Assembly: GCA_013416795.1 (NCBI GenBank)
Contig: RQSC01001079.1
Location: forward strand, 150,938 to 214,937
Reading direction: 5' to 3'
Origin: Prasinococcaceae sp. CCMP 1430
Taxonomy: Eukaryota; Plantae; Prasinodermophyta
Length of the DNA stretch: 64,000 nt
In this document: piece after piece, positions 22,604 to 33,980 of the stretch
Position numbering within the stretch: position 1 is the stretch's first letter
Layout: every line of letters starts with the position of its first letter
Position numbers and translations under genes: made by a program
Notes under the pieces: model-generated
The model's database searches: none
What the model saw: the letters and a program-made list of their open reading frames with translations, nothing else
Told to the model about the DNA's origin: nothing

Positions 22604-23715
22604 CTCGATCGAGTCTGCGCCGCCGGCGCGCGGCGTTAAGCTGTTAGCGCCGATCGGGCGCGCGCGGACGCAGCGCACCCCCTCTCCCCACCACCCACAC
22701 CCCACACACCCCACACGCCTCGCGCGACTCGACACATCACGTCCCCCTCCCCCAACCCCACCCCACCCGCGCGTGCCCCTGCCCCTCCGCAGATCGCGCC
22801 CCCGCGCTCAACACCCGGCGCGGCGCGCGCGCGCGCGCCGATCGGCGCACCCACCGGCGGCGACCCCCCCCCCGCACCACGAGCGCGCGCTGCACTCCGG
22901 CATCACAGCGGCCGCGGCGGTGCAGGGGTGCGGCGCGGCGAGGCCGACGCGCCCCCTTCGTTTTGATACCCCCCTTTGCCGCCTGCTCCAGGAGCTCTCC
23001 CGAGAACTCTAAGAGGAGTTCTTACTCTCGAAGGAGGACGCAGGTACACCCGCGCGCCGCGCCCGCGCGCGAGCGCATTCGTTTCGATACCGCCGTTCGC
23101 CCGCCCCGGGAGATGCACTGCAGTCGAAACGCTCGCGCCCCATTGGCCGGCGCGACGCGCGCCGCGCGCGAAGAGGGGGGGGGGGGGGAACCCACGGGAG
23201 CGCGCGCGACGCAGGAGCCGTCGCCCACGTACGTCACCGCCTCTTGCCTTGGCACGTGAGCACTTCTGCCACTTCACTTCATCGTCATATCTATGACACC
23301 TCAGAAGAAGCTGCGTCCCGTCTGTGTCCCATCGCAGCGCAGCACCCCCGCCATCATCCGGAACACGGCGCGACGCGGCCAACACCCCCCGCCGCGAAGC
23401 GCGACGCGGATCACGCGATACCACCGACCGACGCGGAATGTCGAATGTCCCGGAACGTTGCTCGCATTTGGTATCGCGGAGGCGCGCGAGCGCGAGCGCG
23501 TTCCCCCCCCCCCCACGCACACGCGCACCTCGCGGTTCCGACCGGACCGGCGCGCGCGCGGACACAGCGCACACGCCCAGCGCGCGCCTCGAGCGGGATC
23601 CCCTGCGCGCTGGGCGGCCCGCCTGCCCGCCCTCCCTCTATCCCGCACATTTCCCGGCACTCGCGCCGATGCGACGCTATCGTCTTCACGGGCGGCGTCG
23701 GCCAGAACGCCGCCG

Positions 23716-24492
23716 CGCTGCGCGGCGTGCGCGGCGTGGCTCGAGGAGGGGCGCGTGCTGCTCGAGGCGGAGCTCACGCGCGTGCGGCGCGAGACACCCG
23801 TGGGCAGCAAAAACACGGTGCAGATCGAGTTCGCGGACGTCTTCGCCGACGCGGCGGCAGTGGGCCGGTCGGCCGTGAGGAACGGCGCGCGCGCGAGGGC
23901 GCTCGAGAAGGCGTACCACGCCGAGGTGGTGGCCGAGCTGCGCGCGCTCGGCAAGACCCACGTGCGTGAGGCCGTCGAAGTGTGGGGGAGCAACGATGAC
24001 GCGCCCGGAAACGTGTTCTACGCGCGCGGTGCGCTGTGCGCCGATCGCTTGGGCGCGTGCGCCGGCGAGGGCCTCGAGCGCGTGGGCACACCTGCAGGGG
24101 CGCGCCCGCCGGATGCGACGCGCTGTGGCGCGTGCGAGGCGATCGTCACGGACGTGCACGACGCGCTCGCCCGCGCGCCCGCCACGCGTCGCGCCGCGTG
24201 GAATGCAGCAGACACCCTCGATACGGTGTGCGCCGACGCCGAGATGCGCCACGAACCCTCGCGCGAGCTGCGCCCCATGTGCGACGCCGTCGTCGCCGAT
24301 CACGCCGACGCCATCGCCGAGGCGGTCGCGGCGCACTTCGCCGACGCGAGCGGCAGGCGCAGCAACGCGGGGGTCGATCCGAGCGCGGTGTGTGCGGCGA
24401 TCGGCGAGTGCGATGACGGCGGTGGCGGGCAGCCGCGGCGACGCAGGCGCAGGCCCAAAGGCTCCGAGGCGCCGCACCGCGGGGAGCTGTGA
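23716..24492 (+). CDS. Saposin-like (Canopy/DUF3456-type) ER protein with two CxxC-initiated domains; 5' end missing
   Basis: CAAC...C and CGACEAIV...VC...C...VCAAIGEC cysteine spacing. C-terminal HRGEL resembles an ER-retrieval signal. Confidence 0.55.
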   Translation, partial: RCAACAAWLEEGRVLLEAELTRVRRETPVGSKNTVQIEFADVFADAAAVGRSAVRNGARARALEKAYHAEVVAELRALGKTHVREAVEVWGSNDDAPGNVFYARGALCADRLGACAGEGLERVGTPAGARPPDATRCGACEAIVTDVHDALARAPATRRAAWNAADTLDTVCADAEMRHEPSRELRPMCDAVVADHADAIAEAVAAHFADASGRRSNAGVDPSAVCAAIGECDDGGGGQPRRRRRRPKGSEAPHRGEL

Positions 24493-24547
24493 GGCGCCAC
24501 CAGGCCAACGATTCTTGATTCAAAAAATTTAATCGCACGCGTGCACG

Positions 24548-25900
24548 CTACTCGGCCAAGGCCGCGCCGCCTGGCGAGCCGCTGGCGGGCTGGCCGCCCT
24601 CGGCGTCGTCGAGCTCCGCATCGGGATCGGTCTCGTCGGAGCACTCGCTCAGATCCTCCTCGGTCCCCGTGCATGGCAAAGCCGACACGTAGCAGGGCAC
24701 ACCCAAGATCGACTCCGCGCCGCCGGCGAGCACGAGGCAGCTGTCGTGCGCGGACGCGCAGCCGTCCCCGCCGCCCACGGCCTCACCGGGCCCCGCCGGC
24801 GCCGCGCCAGCACCGCCGGCGGCGGCCGGGCGGGGGGCAACGCACGCCGTCAGCAGCGGAAAGGCCTCGCGCCGCACGCACTCGAGCGGTTGCGTTTGCT
24901 CCTCTCCCGCCGCGTCGTTGACGTCCCAAAGCTTGGCCGAGAAGTCGCTCGACGCGGTGAGCAGCAGGTCGCCAGCGCGCCGACGCGCGCCAGGACTGCT
25001 GGTTGGCACCCACAGCGCGGTATACACGGCGCGCTGGTGGCCACGGATAGTCGCGAGCGGCCCAGCGCCGTGGCGAACGTCGAACACCTCAACGTGGCCA
25101 TCGCCGCAGCCGACGGCGAGCAGCTCGCCGTCTTGGCCGCCGAACGCCACCGTCGTGACGTGCGCGCCGCCAGCGCATGCGAGCGCTCCGACGGCACCGC
25201 CGGTGCTGCGCTCGTGCAGGCGCACGGAGCCGTCGGAGACTGCGAGCGCCAGCAGGCGCAGCCTGGATCCAGCGGGGCTCATGGCCGCGCCGAATACGAG
25301 CGCCGCGCCCTCGGGGTTACGAGCGGCGCCGCCGTACGCCACCGAGCCCGCCGCCTCGCACCGGAACTTGTAGCGCTGCGAACCGGCGGCTGCGTCGATG
25401 CACACAAGAATGTCGTCGCTCGCGCAGTACAGCACGTTGGCGTCGGCGGCCTCGGCGTCGAAATCAGCCACGTAACACTGCTCGCTCAGCTCGTACACAT
25501 CCTGCTGTTCGAGCTTTAGCGGCGCCGCGTCATCCACGGCGCTCGTGCGGTCCTGCACGGACCACAGCCGCACGGTGCCGTCCGCGCCTCCCGAGGCCAG
25601 CACGACTTCGCCACCGCTGCCCGAGAGCACGCCACCGGACTGTCCCGCGCGTGCGTGCCACGAGCACCTGAGCACCTCTTCGGTGTGGGCCTTGGCGCGC
25701 TCGGCGGCGACGCGCCAGCGCCCGTCCACGTACGCGTACGCTCGCAGCGCCATGTCCTCGCATCCGGTTGCAAAGCCGAAGCCCGACTGCGCCGGTGCAG
25801 GCGCCGCGCAGAACACGCGCCCTTTGTGGCCACCGACCATCGAGGCCTCGCGCGCGCTCTTGGCGGCCTCCCGCGCGAATGCAGACCTCGCCCGCGACAT
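24548..25900 (-). CDS. WD40-repeat protein
   Basis: GHKGRV, AHTEEV, LASGGADGTVRLW, VGCGDGHVEVFD, GHQRAVY and TASSDFSAKLWD. Start could instead be 25984. Confidence 0.85.
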   Translation of the reverse strand: MSRARSAFAREAAKSAREASMVGGHKGRVFCAAPAPAQSGFGFATGCEDMALRAYAYVDGRWRVAAERAKAHTEEVLRCSWHARAGQSGGVLSGSGGEVVLASGGADGTVRLWSVQDRTSAVDDAAPLKLEQQDVYELSEQCYVADFDAEAADANVLYCASDDILVCIDAAAGSQRYKFRCEAAGSVAYGGAARNPEGAALVFGAAMSPAGSRLRLLALAVSDGSVRLHERSTGGAVGALACAGGAHVTTVAFGGQDGELLAVGCGDGHVEVFDVRHGAGPLATIRGHQRAVYTALWVPTSSPGARRRAGDLLLTASSDFSAKLWDVNDAAGEEQTQPLECVRREAFPLLTACVAPRPAAAGGAGAAPAGPGEAVGGGDGCASAHDSCLVLAGGAESILGVPCYVSALPCTGTEEDLSECSDETDPDAELDDAEGGQPASGSPGGAALAE

Positions 25901-26016
25901 CGCGCCCGCGTCCCCTCGGCCGCCGCCTCCCCCGGGGCGCGCTCTGCCGCCCGCGCCGCCGGTCGCGGCACTCGCTTCGTTCATCCATATCGCGCGCGCG
26001 CTCGAGCGCGCACAAT

Positions 26017-26095
26017 TTTCCCGCCAATTGGCCACAAAGGGTTAAACCCTAAACCCCTTTAACCCTTAACCCCCTACCCCCCCTACCCCCCCCTC
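26017..26095. promoter_or_regulatory. Divergent promoter with an E2F-like site (TTTCCCGCC) and telo-box/telomere-like repeats
   Basis: TTTCCCGCC at 26017-26025. TAAACCCTAAA at 26043-26053, followed by degenerate TAACCC units. Confidence 0.5.
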
Positions 26096-26306
26096 CCGCA
26101 CTCAGTCACTGACAGTCATCAGAAAGCATCTGCGCACGCGACGTCGAAGAAAGACGCCCGTGGGATAGTTTGAGCTATGTTTGTATCTACTAATCAATAT
26201 TGGCGTGTGCCGAATGGAGGTACGACATGCCACGGGGGAAGCGGGGCGGCGGCCGGCGGCGATGTGCGCGCGGTGCCACTCGGCGTGGCCGGCGCCTGCC
26301 CGTGCC

Positions 26307-27296
26307 ATGACGCTCGCGTCGAAGCAGGCGTCGATCGAGGCGATCTCCAAAAAGCTGCTCGAGGGCTACACGCTGCTCGCCGAGTCGTGCCCCAAGGGCT
26401 GCAACGTGCCGCTGATGCGGTCGCCGGGAAGCGGCGAATCTGCGTGCGTGAGCTGCGAGGGCGGCGCGGCCGCGCAACCGCAGGCCCCGCGAGCAGCGGC
26501 GCCCGCGGCCGCCCCTCCTCCCGAGTCTGGCGAGGACGCGGCAGCGGCCGGTGCAGCCACGGTCGAAGCTCCGACGCTGAACGCTCCTTCCCTAACCGAG
26601 GCGGAGGCCAACGAGACCGCGGTGCGTGAGGAATGCGCGCGCCTGCGCGCTGCAGAGGCGGCGGAGGAGGAGGAGCGCAGGCGCGCCGCAGAGGAGGAGG
26701 CCGAGGCGCTGCGCCGCCAGTTCTCTGCCCAGGCCCGCGCGGCGTCGGACGAAGCCTCCTCCAGGCTGGCGGAGAAGATGCTCGAGGGCTTCACCCTGCT
26801 CGCGCAGGTGAGTCCGTTCGATGGCGTCACCCCGCTGGTGCGCTCGCGCGCCGGGCGCAGGTATTGCGTCGCGAGCGGCCTGTGGCTTGACCCGCCCGCG
26901 GAGGGGGAGGTCGTCGCACCCAGCGAAAGAAAGTCTACGATGCGCGCGCCGCCGGCCGCAGGCGTGCGCGTGATCCCGCTCGATGAGGCGCCCGAGGAGC
27001 TCCGCAGCGCTGTGCTAGGCGAGGGTGCTGTGGAAGCGCCGGTGTCCAGTCCACAGCCCCGGCTCGAGGCCAAGGCTGCGCCGGCTCGTGAGCCTGCCGT
27101 CGAGTCAGAGACCAGAGAGACGGGCACTGCCAGCGACGGACTCCGCCGCACCGAGGCCACTCTCGCCGCGAAGCTGGAGGAGGCACGCGCGGCGCTCGCG
27201 GACACCCCAGTTACGGCGGTGGCGGAGTGGACAGCGCTTTGCGAGCTCGTGCGCACGACCGTAGCCACTTTGCAGGCGCTCAAACAAATAAGATGA
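26307..27296 (+). CDS. ZNRD2: ZNRD2/SSSCA1 (autoantigen p27, UPF0148) zinc-ribbon protein with a duplicated domain
   Basis: ISKKLLEGYTLLAESCPKGCNVPLMR...CVSC, a second copy LAEKMLEGFTLLA..SP....PLVR..RYCV, and a C-terminal helical hairpin. Confidence 0.8.
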   Translation: MTLASKQASIEAISKKLLEGYTLLAESCPKGCNVPLMRSPGSGESACVSCEGGAAAQPQAPRAAAPAAAPPPESGEDAAAAGAATVEAPTLNAPSLTEAEANETAVREECARLRAAEAAEEEERRRAAEEEAEALRRQFSAQARAASDEASSRLAEKMLEGFTLLAQVSPFDGVTPLVRSRAGRRYCVASGLWLDPPAEGEVVAPSERKSTMRAPPAAGVRVIPLDEAPEELRSAVLGEGAVEAPVSSPQPRLEAKAAPAREPAVESETRETGTASDGLRRTEATLAAKLEEARAALADTPVTAVAEWTALCELVRTTVATLQALKQIR

Positions 27297-27474
27297 CCGA
27301 CCTGGCAGGCTGTGCTGCCGGGCACACTTGTACTCACACGGCCATTCATCGGCGCGCGGCGCTGCGGCGGGCAACAGCGAGCGAGACGTGCCGCTCTGCT
27401 CACGCATCGCGGCGCGCATTTATGCTCACACAAGAATTACAAAGGGGAGGGGAACCCGAGCAGCGTCGGCCAAG

Positions 27475-28489
27475 CTAGCAGCAACTCGACGACTTCTTGG
27501 CGGGCGTGGTGTTGACATCTATGGTGTCGGGGAGATATATCTCCTCCTCTGCCTCGTTCTTCAAGGCGTTCTGCGCGATGCACTGGAACGCCGCCTCCAC
27601 GTTGAAGTCCTCCTTCGCACTGGTCTCGAAGGAGGGGATGTTGCCCTTGGACGCGCACCAGGCCTTGGCCTTCTTGTCCGACACCACCCGCGCGTTTCCG
27701 TTCTCTGAGTCGATTTTGTTGCCCAGCACGACGAAGGGGAAGTTGTCGGGGTCAGCGGGCGACGCCTGAATGAGGAACTCGTCGCGCCAGTTGTCTAGGT
27801 TGTCGAAAGAGCGCCCCTGGTTGACGTCGTAGACGAGCACGCAGCAGTCTGCGCCGCGGTAGAACGCCACGCCGAGCGACTGGAAGCGCTCCTGCCCCGC
27901 CGTGTCCCAGATTTGCATAGTCACTAGCCTGTCGTCCACCTGCACCTCCTTCGTGAGGAAGTCCGCGCCGATGGTCGCCTTGTACTGGTTGGAGAACTTC
28001 TTGTTCACGTACTGGTTCATCAGCGAGGTCTTGCCTACGCCTGAGTCGCCCAAAATGATCACCTGCGCGGGGCCGAGAGCAGTGTGCGTGCGCGCACGCG
28101 CGGCGGGGCGCGGACGGGCATCGCGGCACCAGGCGCGCGTCAGCAGCTGCGCCTGGGCTGCGCGCGGGCCACTCCATGCCAGCGCGCTTGCTTTTCCTTT
28201 CCCGATAGAGCTGGCGGAGCGCCGTGCGGTGCCTCCACGCTGCTCGCTCACTCGCCCTCCCCCGTGGCCCAGCCACAGGCAGGGCGCACTCCCGAGCGCG
28301 CGCGCGCGCGCACGCGAGCGCAGCCGCGATGTCGCCCGCCGCATTTTTGGGGCGGTGCGCGGCCCCCTCGCGCGCATGCGCGCGCACGCCGGGCGAGCGC
28401 CTCCCCGCGCCCCCTCCCCCCCCACACACACACTTCCTCCTCCCTGCTCGGCGCACCTTGAGCAGTGTGCGCTTGCGTGCGGACGCCAT
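27475..28489 (-). CDS. RAB7: Rab7/RABG GTPase; exons 28489-28457 and 28062-27475
   Basis: [11 protein letters not shown]|[47 protein letters not shown] and C-terminal CC. Confidence 0.97.
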
Positions 28490-28878
28490 GGCCGACGGCG
28501 GCGGGCAGGGAGGGGTGGGGTGGACGTCCCCGCGCTGCGCGTCGACGGAGCGCAGTGGCTCGCGCGACCAACAACCCCCTTCATGTGCCAGCTGCTTCTC
28601 TTGTATGCACACTCGGCAAGGGCAAGGGGGGAAGAAAAAAAGCGCTCGCAGCGCACGCCCTCGCGTGGCAGACAGCGGGCCTCGCCGGCCGGCGCGGAGC
28701 CAAAAAAAAAAAAAAAAGTCCCGCGTTTCGTGGTTTGTGAAGAAGCTGCATGGGGTGACACCGTCATCATGTTTTTTTTTATTTCGGCGATCGCAGGGCG
28801 AGCGGCGGCGGCGCGGCGCCACAGGGGGCGTGCTGGGCGCCTCCGGCGGGCGCGGCCGCGGGGGGGGGGAGGGACGCG

Positions 28879-30591
28879 ATGGCGGCGGTGGCGATGGACC
28901 CGCTCGAGGTACTGCGCGCACGCAAGGCGGACGAGCACCCTCCCGCGATCGAGGGCGACCGCGTCGTCTTCCCCGATGGCACCGCGCTGCCCGCGGGGGC
29001 GCCCACAGCGCTCGTCGGCGACAAGGGAGGCGAGCGCTACACGCTCGGCGACCTGGCGTTCTACCTCATCAACATCGCCGCGGGCCTGGGCAAGTACAAC
29101 CTGGCGGCGACCAAGGCGAAGAGGCGGCGCCTGACCTTCTTGGATGGCAAGCTCCTACAGAAGTACCTCAAGGTCTGCTGCGCGAGCTCACGCGCTGTCG
29201 AGCGTCGCCCATTGAGCGGGCCGCGGCTCCGTTTATGTTAGGGCAAAGCGTCGGCGCCCGCGCCGGCGCCTGCACCGGCGGCGCACGGGTGCAGCGCCTC
29301 GACGCCGCATGCGGCGCCTCGCTGCGCGGCGCCGCCTGCCGCGCGGTGCTTTCTGTGGCGGGAATCGCTGCCGCCCGGCGCTGCGCGCCGACTCCTTCGC
29401 CCGCAGACGCTACCGCTCTGCTCGCTGACGATTGATCGCGTACGCACACGCTTCGTACGCGCGCGTTGATGTGATGCGGCCTGCCACGCACAGGGTGAGG
29501 TCACTACACACAATCAGATTCAGCTGAAGGGCTCCGCAGGCGTGGTGGGCGCAGGTGGCGCAGCTGCCGGTGCTGCGGGGGTGGATTTGATCGGGCTGGG
29601 CGCCATGAGCGCCTCGGCTGTGCTCGCAGAGTCGCGCCCGATGGTCGACCGCAACAGCGTGCTGATGTGCTCGCGCAAGGACTTCAATCCGGTGCTGCAG
29701 CTGCTGTCGAGCCTGCGGAAAGAGGACGACGCGCACGAGCGCCGGCGTGCAGACGAGGCCAAGAAGGCGCTTCATGCGGACCGCCAGAAGAAGATGAGCT
29801 CGCACCAGGGGCGCTTCGAGCGCGGCAGCAACATGCAAGAGTTCGAGAATCAGCTGGGCGACCGTGGCCAGCTGGAGCAGCTTGGCATCAAGCAGGCCGC
29901 GGGCGGTCTGCTGTACAGCAGCAAGGGAAAGGGCGCAGAGGATGGGCGGCGCTCTGCCGCGCACGACGCGCAGCGACGCGACCGTGAGCGCCACAGGCGT
30001 GAGCGCGAACACGCGGGGGATAGGCGGCACAAGTCGGAGCAGCGCAAGCTTGGTGCGGCGGGCCAGCGCGGGGCTTCGAAGGGTCGCGGAGTTCCGATTA
30101 TCATCGTGCCGCCGGGCTTCTCCGCGCTGCTCAATATGTACAACGTGGAGAGCTTCCTCCAGGACTCCACGTTCACGCCCTGGCAGACAGCCAAAGAGCA
30201 GAGTGAGGCTGCTGGCAAGGGGCGCTCGGACACAGTGATCATGAAGCGCACGGTCGGCCGGGAGACGCCCGTCATCTATCACGTCAAGGACAACGCGAAG
30301 ACAATCAGTGGAAAGGACTGGAACCGCGTGGTGGCGGTCTTCACGCAGGGCGCGGCGTGGCAGTTCAAAGAGTGGCCATATCAGGATCCCGTCGACGTCT
30401 TTCAGAACGTGAAGGGCTTCCACCTGCGGTTCGAGGAGGAGCCCAAGGTGCCCGAGACGGTGCGCAGCTGGGACGTGAAAACGTTGTGGATCTCCAAGAA
30501 CAACAGGCATCGGGACCGCATGGCCGCCATGGAGTTCTGGTCGCAGCTGGATAGCTTCTTGGCGACGCGCAAGAGCACGCTCGCTTACTAG
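28879..30591 (+). CDS. CDC73: CDC73/parafibromin (PAF1 complex); exons 28879-29172 and 29494-30591
   Basis: MDPLEVLR N-terminus, [42 protein letters not shown] and FWSQLD. Confidence 0.93.
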
Positions 30592-30803
30592 CGAGCTGAT
30601 GATTGCCCGTCATGTAAACTGCTCCTACCGAGCTTCACAGCGATTCCTATGCACTGCCTTCGTTGCCACCGCGTGATGAACGCCGTTTGCACTGATTTAA
30701 GTGGCGTCGCATTGCCGACCGACATGGCAGCACCTTGAGGGACGAACCCGTGGGCTGCTCAGAGTACGTTGCAGTGTTACTGTCGCGGCCGACGGCCCGT
30801 CCA

Positions 30804-31595
30804 CTACGCGCTGCACCCGCGCTCCGCGCGCCTCCGTGCGACGGCGCGAGTGAAGGCCTTCATGCTGTCGCGCGCAAACCTGCGTTGCAATAGCCGCACA
30901 ACAGGGTACGTGATGGCCGCCAACGGGTGTCCTGGCCGCGAAAATGCCACCACCTCGTATGTGACCTCGTCGCTGTCGGGGTCCCATCGCACCGTGAATC
31001 GCTCCTCGCCAGACAGCAAATGTCCATGCGTGGTGCCGTGGCCGAAGCTCACGTGCGCACCGCCCTTGCGCGCGCTCCCCACGCGCCGGCCCTGAGCCCG
31101 GGTTTGCTGCGCGCGCCCGCTATTGCGCGATTGCTGGGCGCGGGAGTCGTCCACGTACACAACTTCGAGAGGGTTGATGGTCCACGGCAGGACTGCCTGC
31201 GCCACAACTGCGACCTTCTCGCCCTTCACAACGCGCGTCGCGCGGTCGACGTGCGTCCATCCGAGCTGGAAGTGCTCCCAGCCGAGTAGCGCCTCGCGCG
31301 CGGCCTCGAAGTCTTCACTACCGCTACCGACCGTGCATGAATTGGCGTCGACCGCATACCTGCCGCTGGCAATCTCGTCGCCAAGCGTGCGCACCTGCTC
31401 CCCGGCCGCGCGCGCATCGCTCCTGCCGCTGGCGGCGACGGCGCGGTTGCTCGCCTCCGCCGAGAGCGTGACGGCAGCACCGTCCGTGGGGCGGCTCCCG
31501 CCGACGTACGGGTACGTGAATGAGCCCGCGGGGGTTGCCGCAAGCACGCCCTGGACCCTCCCGCTGGCGGGCCTCCAAGGCGCCAGGTGGACCAT
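30804..31595 (-). CDS. DUF1990/UPF0548 family protein
   Basis: VGSGSEDFEAAREALLGW, FGHGTTHGHLLSGEERFTV, YEVVAFSRP and VRLLQRRF. Confidence 0.9.
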   Translation of the reverse strand: MVHLAPWRPASGRVQGVLAATPAGSFTYPYVGGSRPTDGAAVTLSAEASNRAVAASGRSDARAAGEQVRTLGDEIASGRYAVDANSCTVGSGSEDFEAAREALLGWEHFQLGWTHVDRATRVVKGEKVAVVAQAVLPWTINPLEVVYVDDSRAQQSRNSGRAQQTRAQGRRVGSARKGGAHVSFGHGTTHGHLLSGEERFTVRWDPDSDEVTYEVVAFSRPGHPLAAITYPVVRLLQRRFARDSMKAFTRAVARRRAERGCSA

Positions 31596-32223
31596 GTGCG
31601 GCTGCGCGCTCCCGAGGCGCAGCGCTCGGCGGGCGCCGCTGCCGCGCGCCGCGTTGAGGCCGCGCGCTGCGCGGGTTCCTCGCCGCGCGCACGCAGTACC
31701 GCCTCCACCCCGCCCAAATACGCACTCGCCCACCCACCCACCCCACCCCACCACCGCGTACGAGACCGCGCCCCGACCGCGCCTGCGCTGCGCCACCGCA
31801 CCCGTGTGCCAGCGCGCCGGCCGCGCTGGCCGCGCTGCCCCGCAGCTACCGCGGAAGTTCCTCCGGGGCCGCCGCCGCTGCAGCCTTATCCGCTTCTGAC
31901 CCATGATACCAATTCTGAGGTTCCTTAGCTGAGCTACAGTACGTGAGCACGCACCGCTTGTCGAGATCAGATTTTTTCCTGGGCTTCTCCGCACGAATGG
32001 AGAGCGGAAAAGGTCGCAATTTGATTTGTTTTGCGGGATGCCGCGCAGCCACATGCGTTTTTTTGTTGTCACCGCGTTCGCGCCCGGACCCTGGGGTGCG
32101 CCACAGCGCGTGCGCGGGCGCATCGGCGCGAGCCTCCGCCTCCCCCTTCCCTTCGCTCCGGCCCGCCCCACCTCGCGGGTTTTCTGCTGTGTCGGCCTCG
32201 AACGCACGGTCGGCTGCGGCGAC

Positions 32224-33980
32224 ATGGCGACGATGGGCGTGGTCTTCCGCGTGGCGGACGCGGCGCGTGCGCCCGGTGCGCGCGCGTACGCCGGCCCGAG
32301 GCGAGAGGGGCGAGCGCGGCGCTCGGATGGGGAGGGTGCACGCGCGCGCGGGGGGGAAGAGCGGGGGGGGGTTCAGCGCGCGGAAGAATGGGCGCCACAG
32401 GGCGCCCGCGCGCCCACGCGACCGCGCGCGCGGGAGGGGCGTGAGTGCCGCGAGGCGGGTGGGCGGCTCGCGGGAGAGCCAGGTCGGGATACGGGCGGGG
32501 GAGAGCGCGCCACAGCGTGGCGCCGAGGTCGCAATGACTGCCGAGGGCACAGAGGGGGGGGAGCAGCCCCTTGGAGCCGCTGCGGAGGAGCCCAAGGCCG
32601 CTCCCGCTCCCGCTCCTGCCGCTACTCCTGCACATGTCGCGCGTCCGCCGCGCCTGCCACCGCACCTTCGCGCAGGCATCGCTGCGCCGGGGGCTGCGGC
32701 CGGCCGCGGCCGCGGCAGGGGGCGATTTGGCAACAGGTGAGGGTCATGGGCTAATGCTCGGCGCGTGAGCTGCTCTGCTGCGCTTTCACGCGCGTCGCGG
32801 CGCGCGGAGCGGGCGCTGCGCTGGGCGAGGGTTTGCGGGGGCGTTTTCGGCTGGGTGGCCACCGCGTTCGGGGTGCGCGACCACGCGGCACATCGAGGCA
32901 GAATATGCGGCAGCATTTGATGCGCGGCCGCCACGATCGTGCCGTAGGTTGATGTGTGCGCGATGCGCCCCGGCATGAGGGCTCGCGGTGCCCGCAGCTG
33001 CCTGGATGTGATGAGCGGCCTCACCTGCCCGCGAGTGCTGACGGCGTCGCTCTCTGCCTGCGCGGGGACGCACACTGGCGCATCACTGGCGACCTGGGGT
33101 TGCACACGCGCGCCACGCTACAGGGAGCCCGAGGTGCCTATGAATGAGAACATTCGCGCGGACGAGCTTCGTGTGGTCGGCGAGGAAAAAGAGGCGCTCG
33201 GCCTGATGTCGAAGGACGACGCGCTCGCGAAAGCACGCGCTGCCGGGCTCGATCTTGTGCTGATCGTGCCCGATGCCAAGCCGCCCGTCGCGCGCGTGAT
33301 GGACTACGGCAAATTCAAGTACGAAAAGGAGAAGCGGGACAAAGCCGCTAAGAAGCTCGCCAAGGCCATGTCGGTCGAGCTGAAGGAGCTTAAGATGCGG
33401 TACAACATTGACATCCATGATTACAATGTCAGAATGAAGCAAGCGAAGCAGTTCCTCGAGGCGGGCGACAAGGTCAAGCTGACGACGCAGTTCCGCGGGC
33501 GTGAGATGGCCTTTCAGAACTTGGGCCGGGAAATGCACTACAAGTTCTTCGACGACCTGGGCGACCTCGCGGTGGTTGAGCAGGAGGCGCGCATGGAGGG
33601 CAACCGCATGGTGAGCGTGCTCAATCCGGCCGCCAAGAAGTCGGAGATTGTCAAGGAGAGGGAGGAGAGGATTGCGAAGGAGAAGAAGTGCGTGCTCGCG
33701 CGAGCGCGACAGCGCCGCGACAGCGCTTAGGCTCACACATAGAGCCATTCCATCTTGACGCCGCCGCGCTTTGCGAGAGCCGCGCACGCACCCTGCGCCC
33801 GTGCTCTGCTGACACGCACACCTCGTGCGTCTTGACAGGGAAAAGAAGAGCGCGCGCGCGGCGAAGAGCGGTGGCAACGACGCGGATGCGGATGTGGAGG
33901 ACACGGATAGCGATGGTGACGGCGGCAATAGCGAGGACGCCTCTGCTGCCACCGCCGAGGATGCCAACGTGACCGCGTAG
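32224..33980 (+). CDS. infC: Organellar (probably plastid) translation initiation factor IF-3. Exons ...-32736, 33124-33687, 33839-33980; 5' exon structure uncertain
   Basis: MNENIRADELRVV, GLDLVLIVPDAKPPVARVMDYGKFKYE, KELKMRYNIDIHDY and FLEAGDKVK..FRGRE. Confidence 0.9.

Noticed and set aside
22990-23040. Hairpin AGAACTC-loop-GAGTTCT as a structured ncRNA or MITE
   Set aside because: The stem is short, with no second copy, target-site duplication or recognisable RNA motif.
26040-26100. True telomere or chromosome-fusion scar
   Set aside because: Only one or two perfect units inside a short promoter. A cis-element explains it better.
31890-32070. AT-richer stretch as a snoRNA or tRNA (similar stretches at 26100-26230 and 39420-39760)
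   Set aside because: No C/D or H/ACA boxes and no cloverleaf were found. The positions match ordinary divergent promoters.
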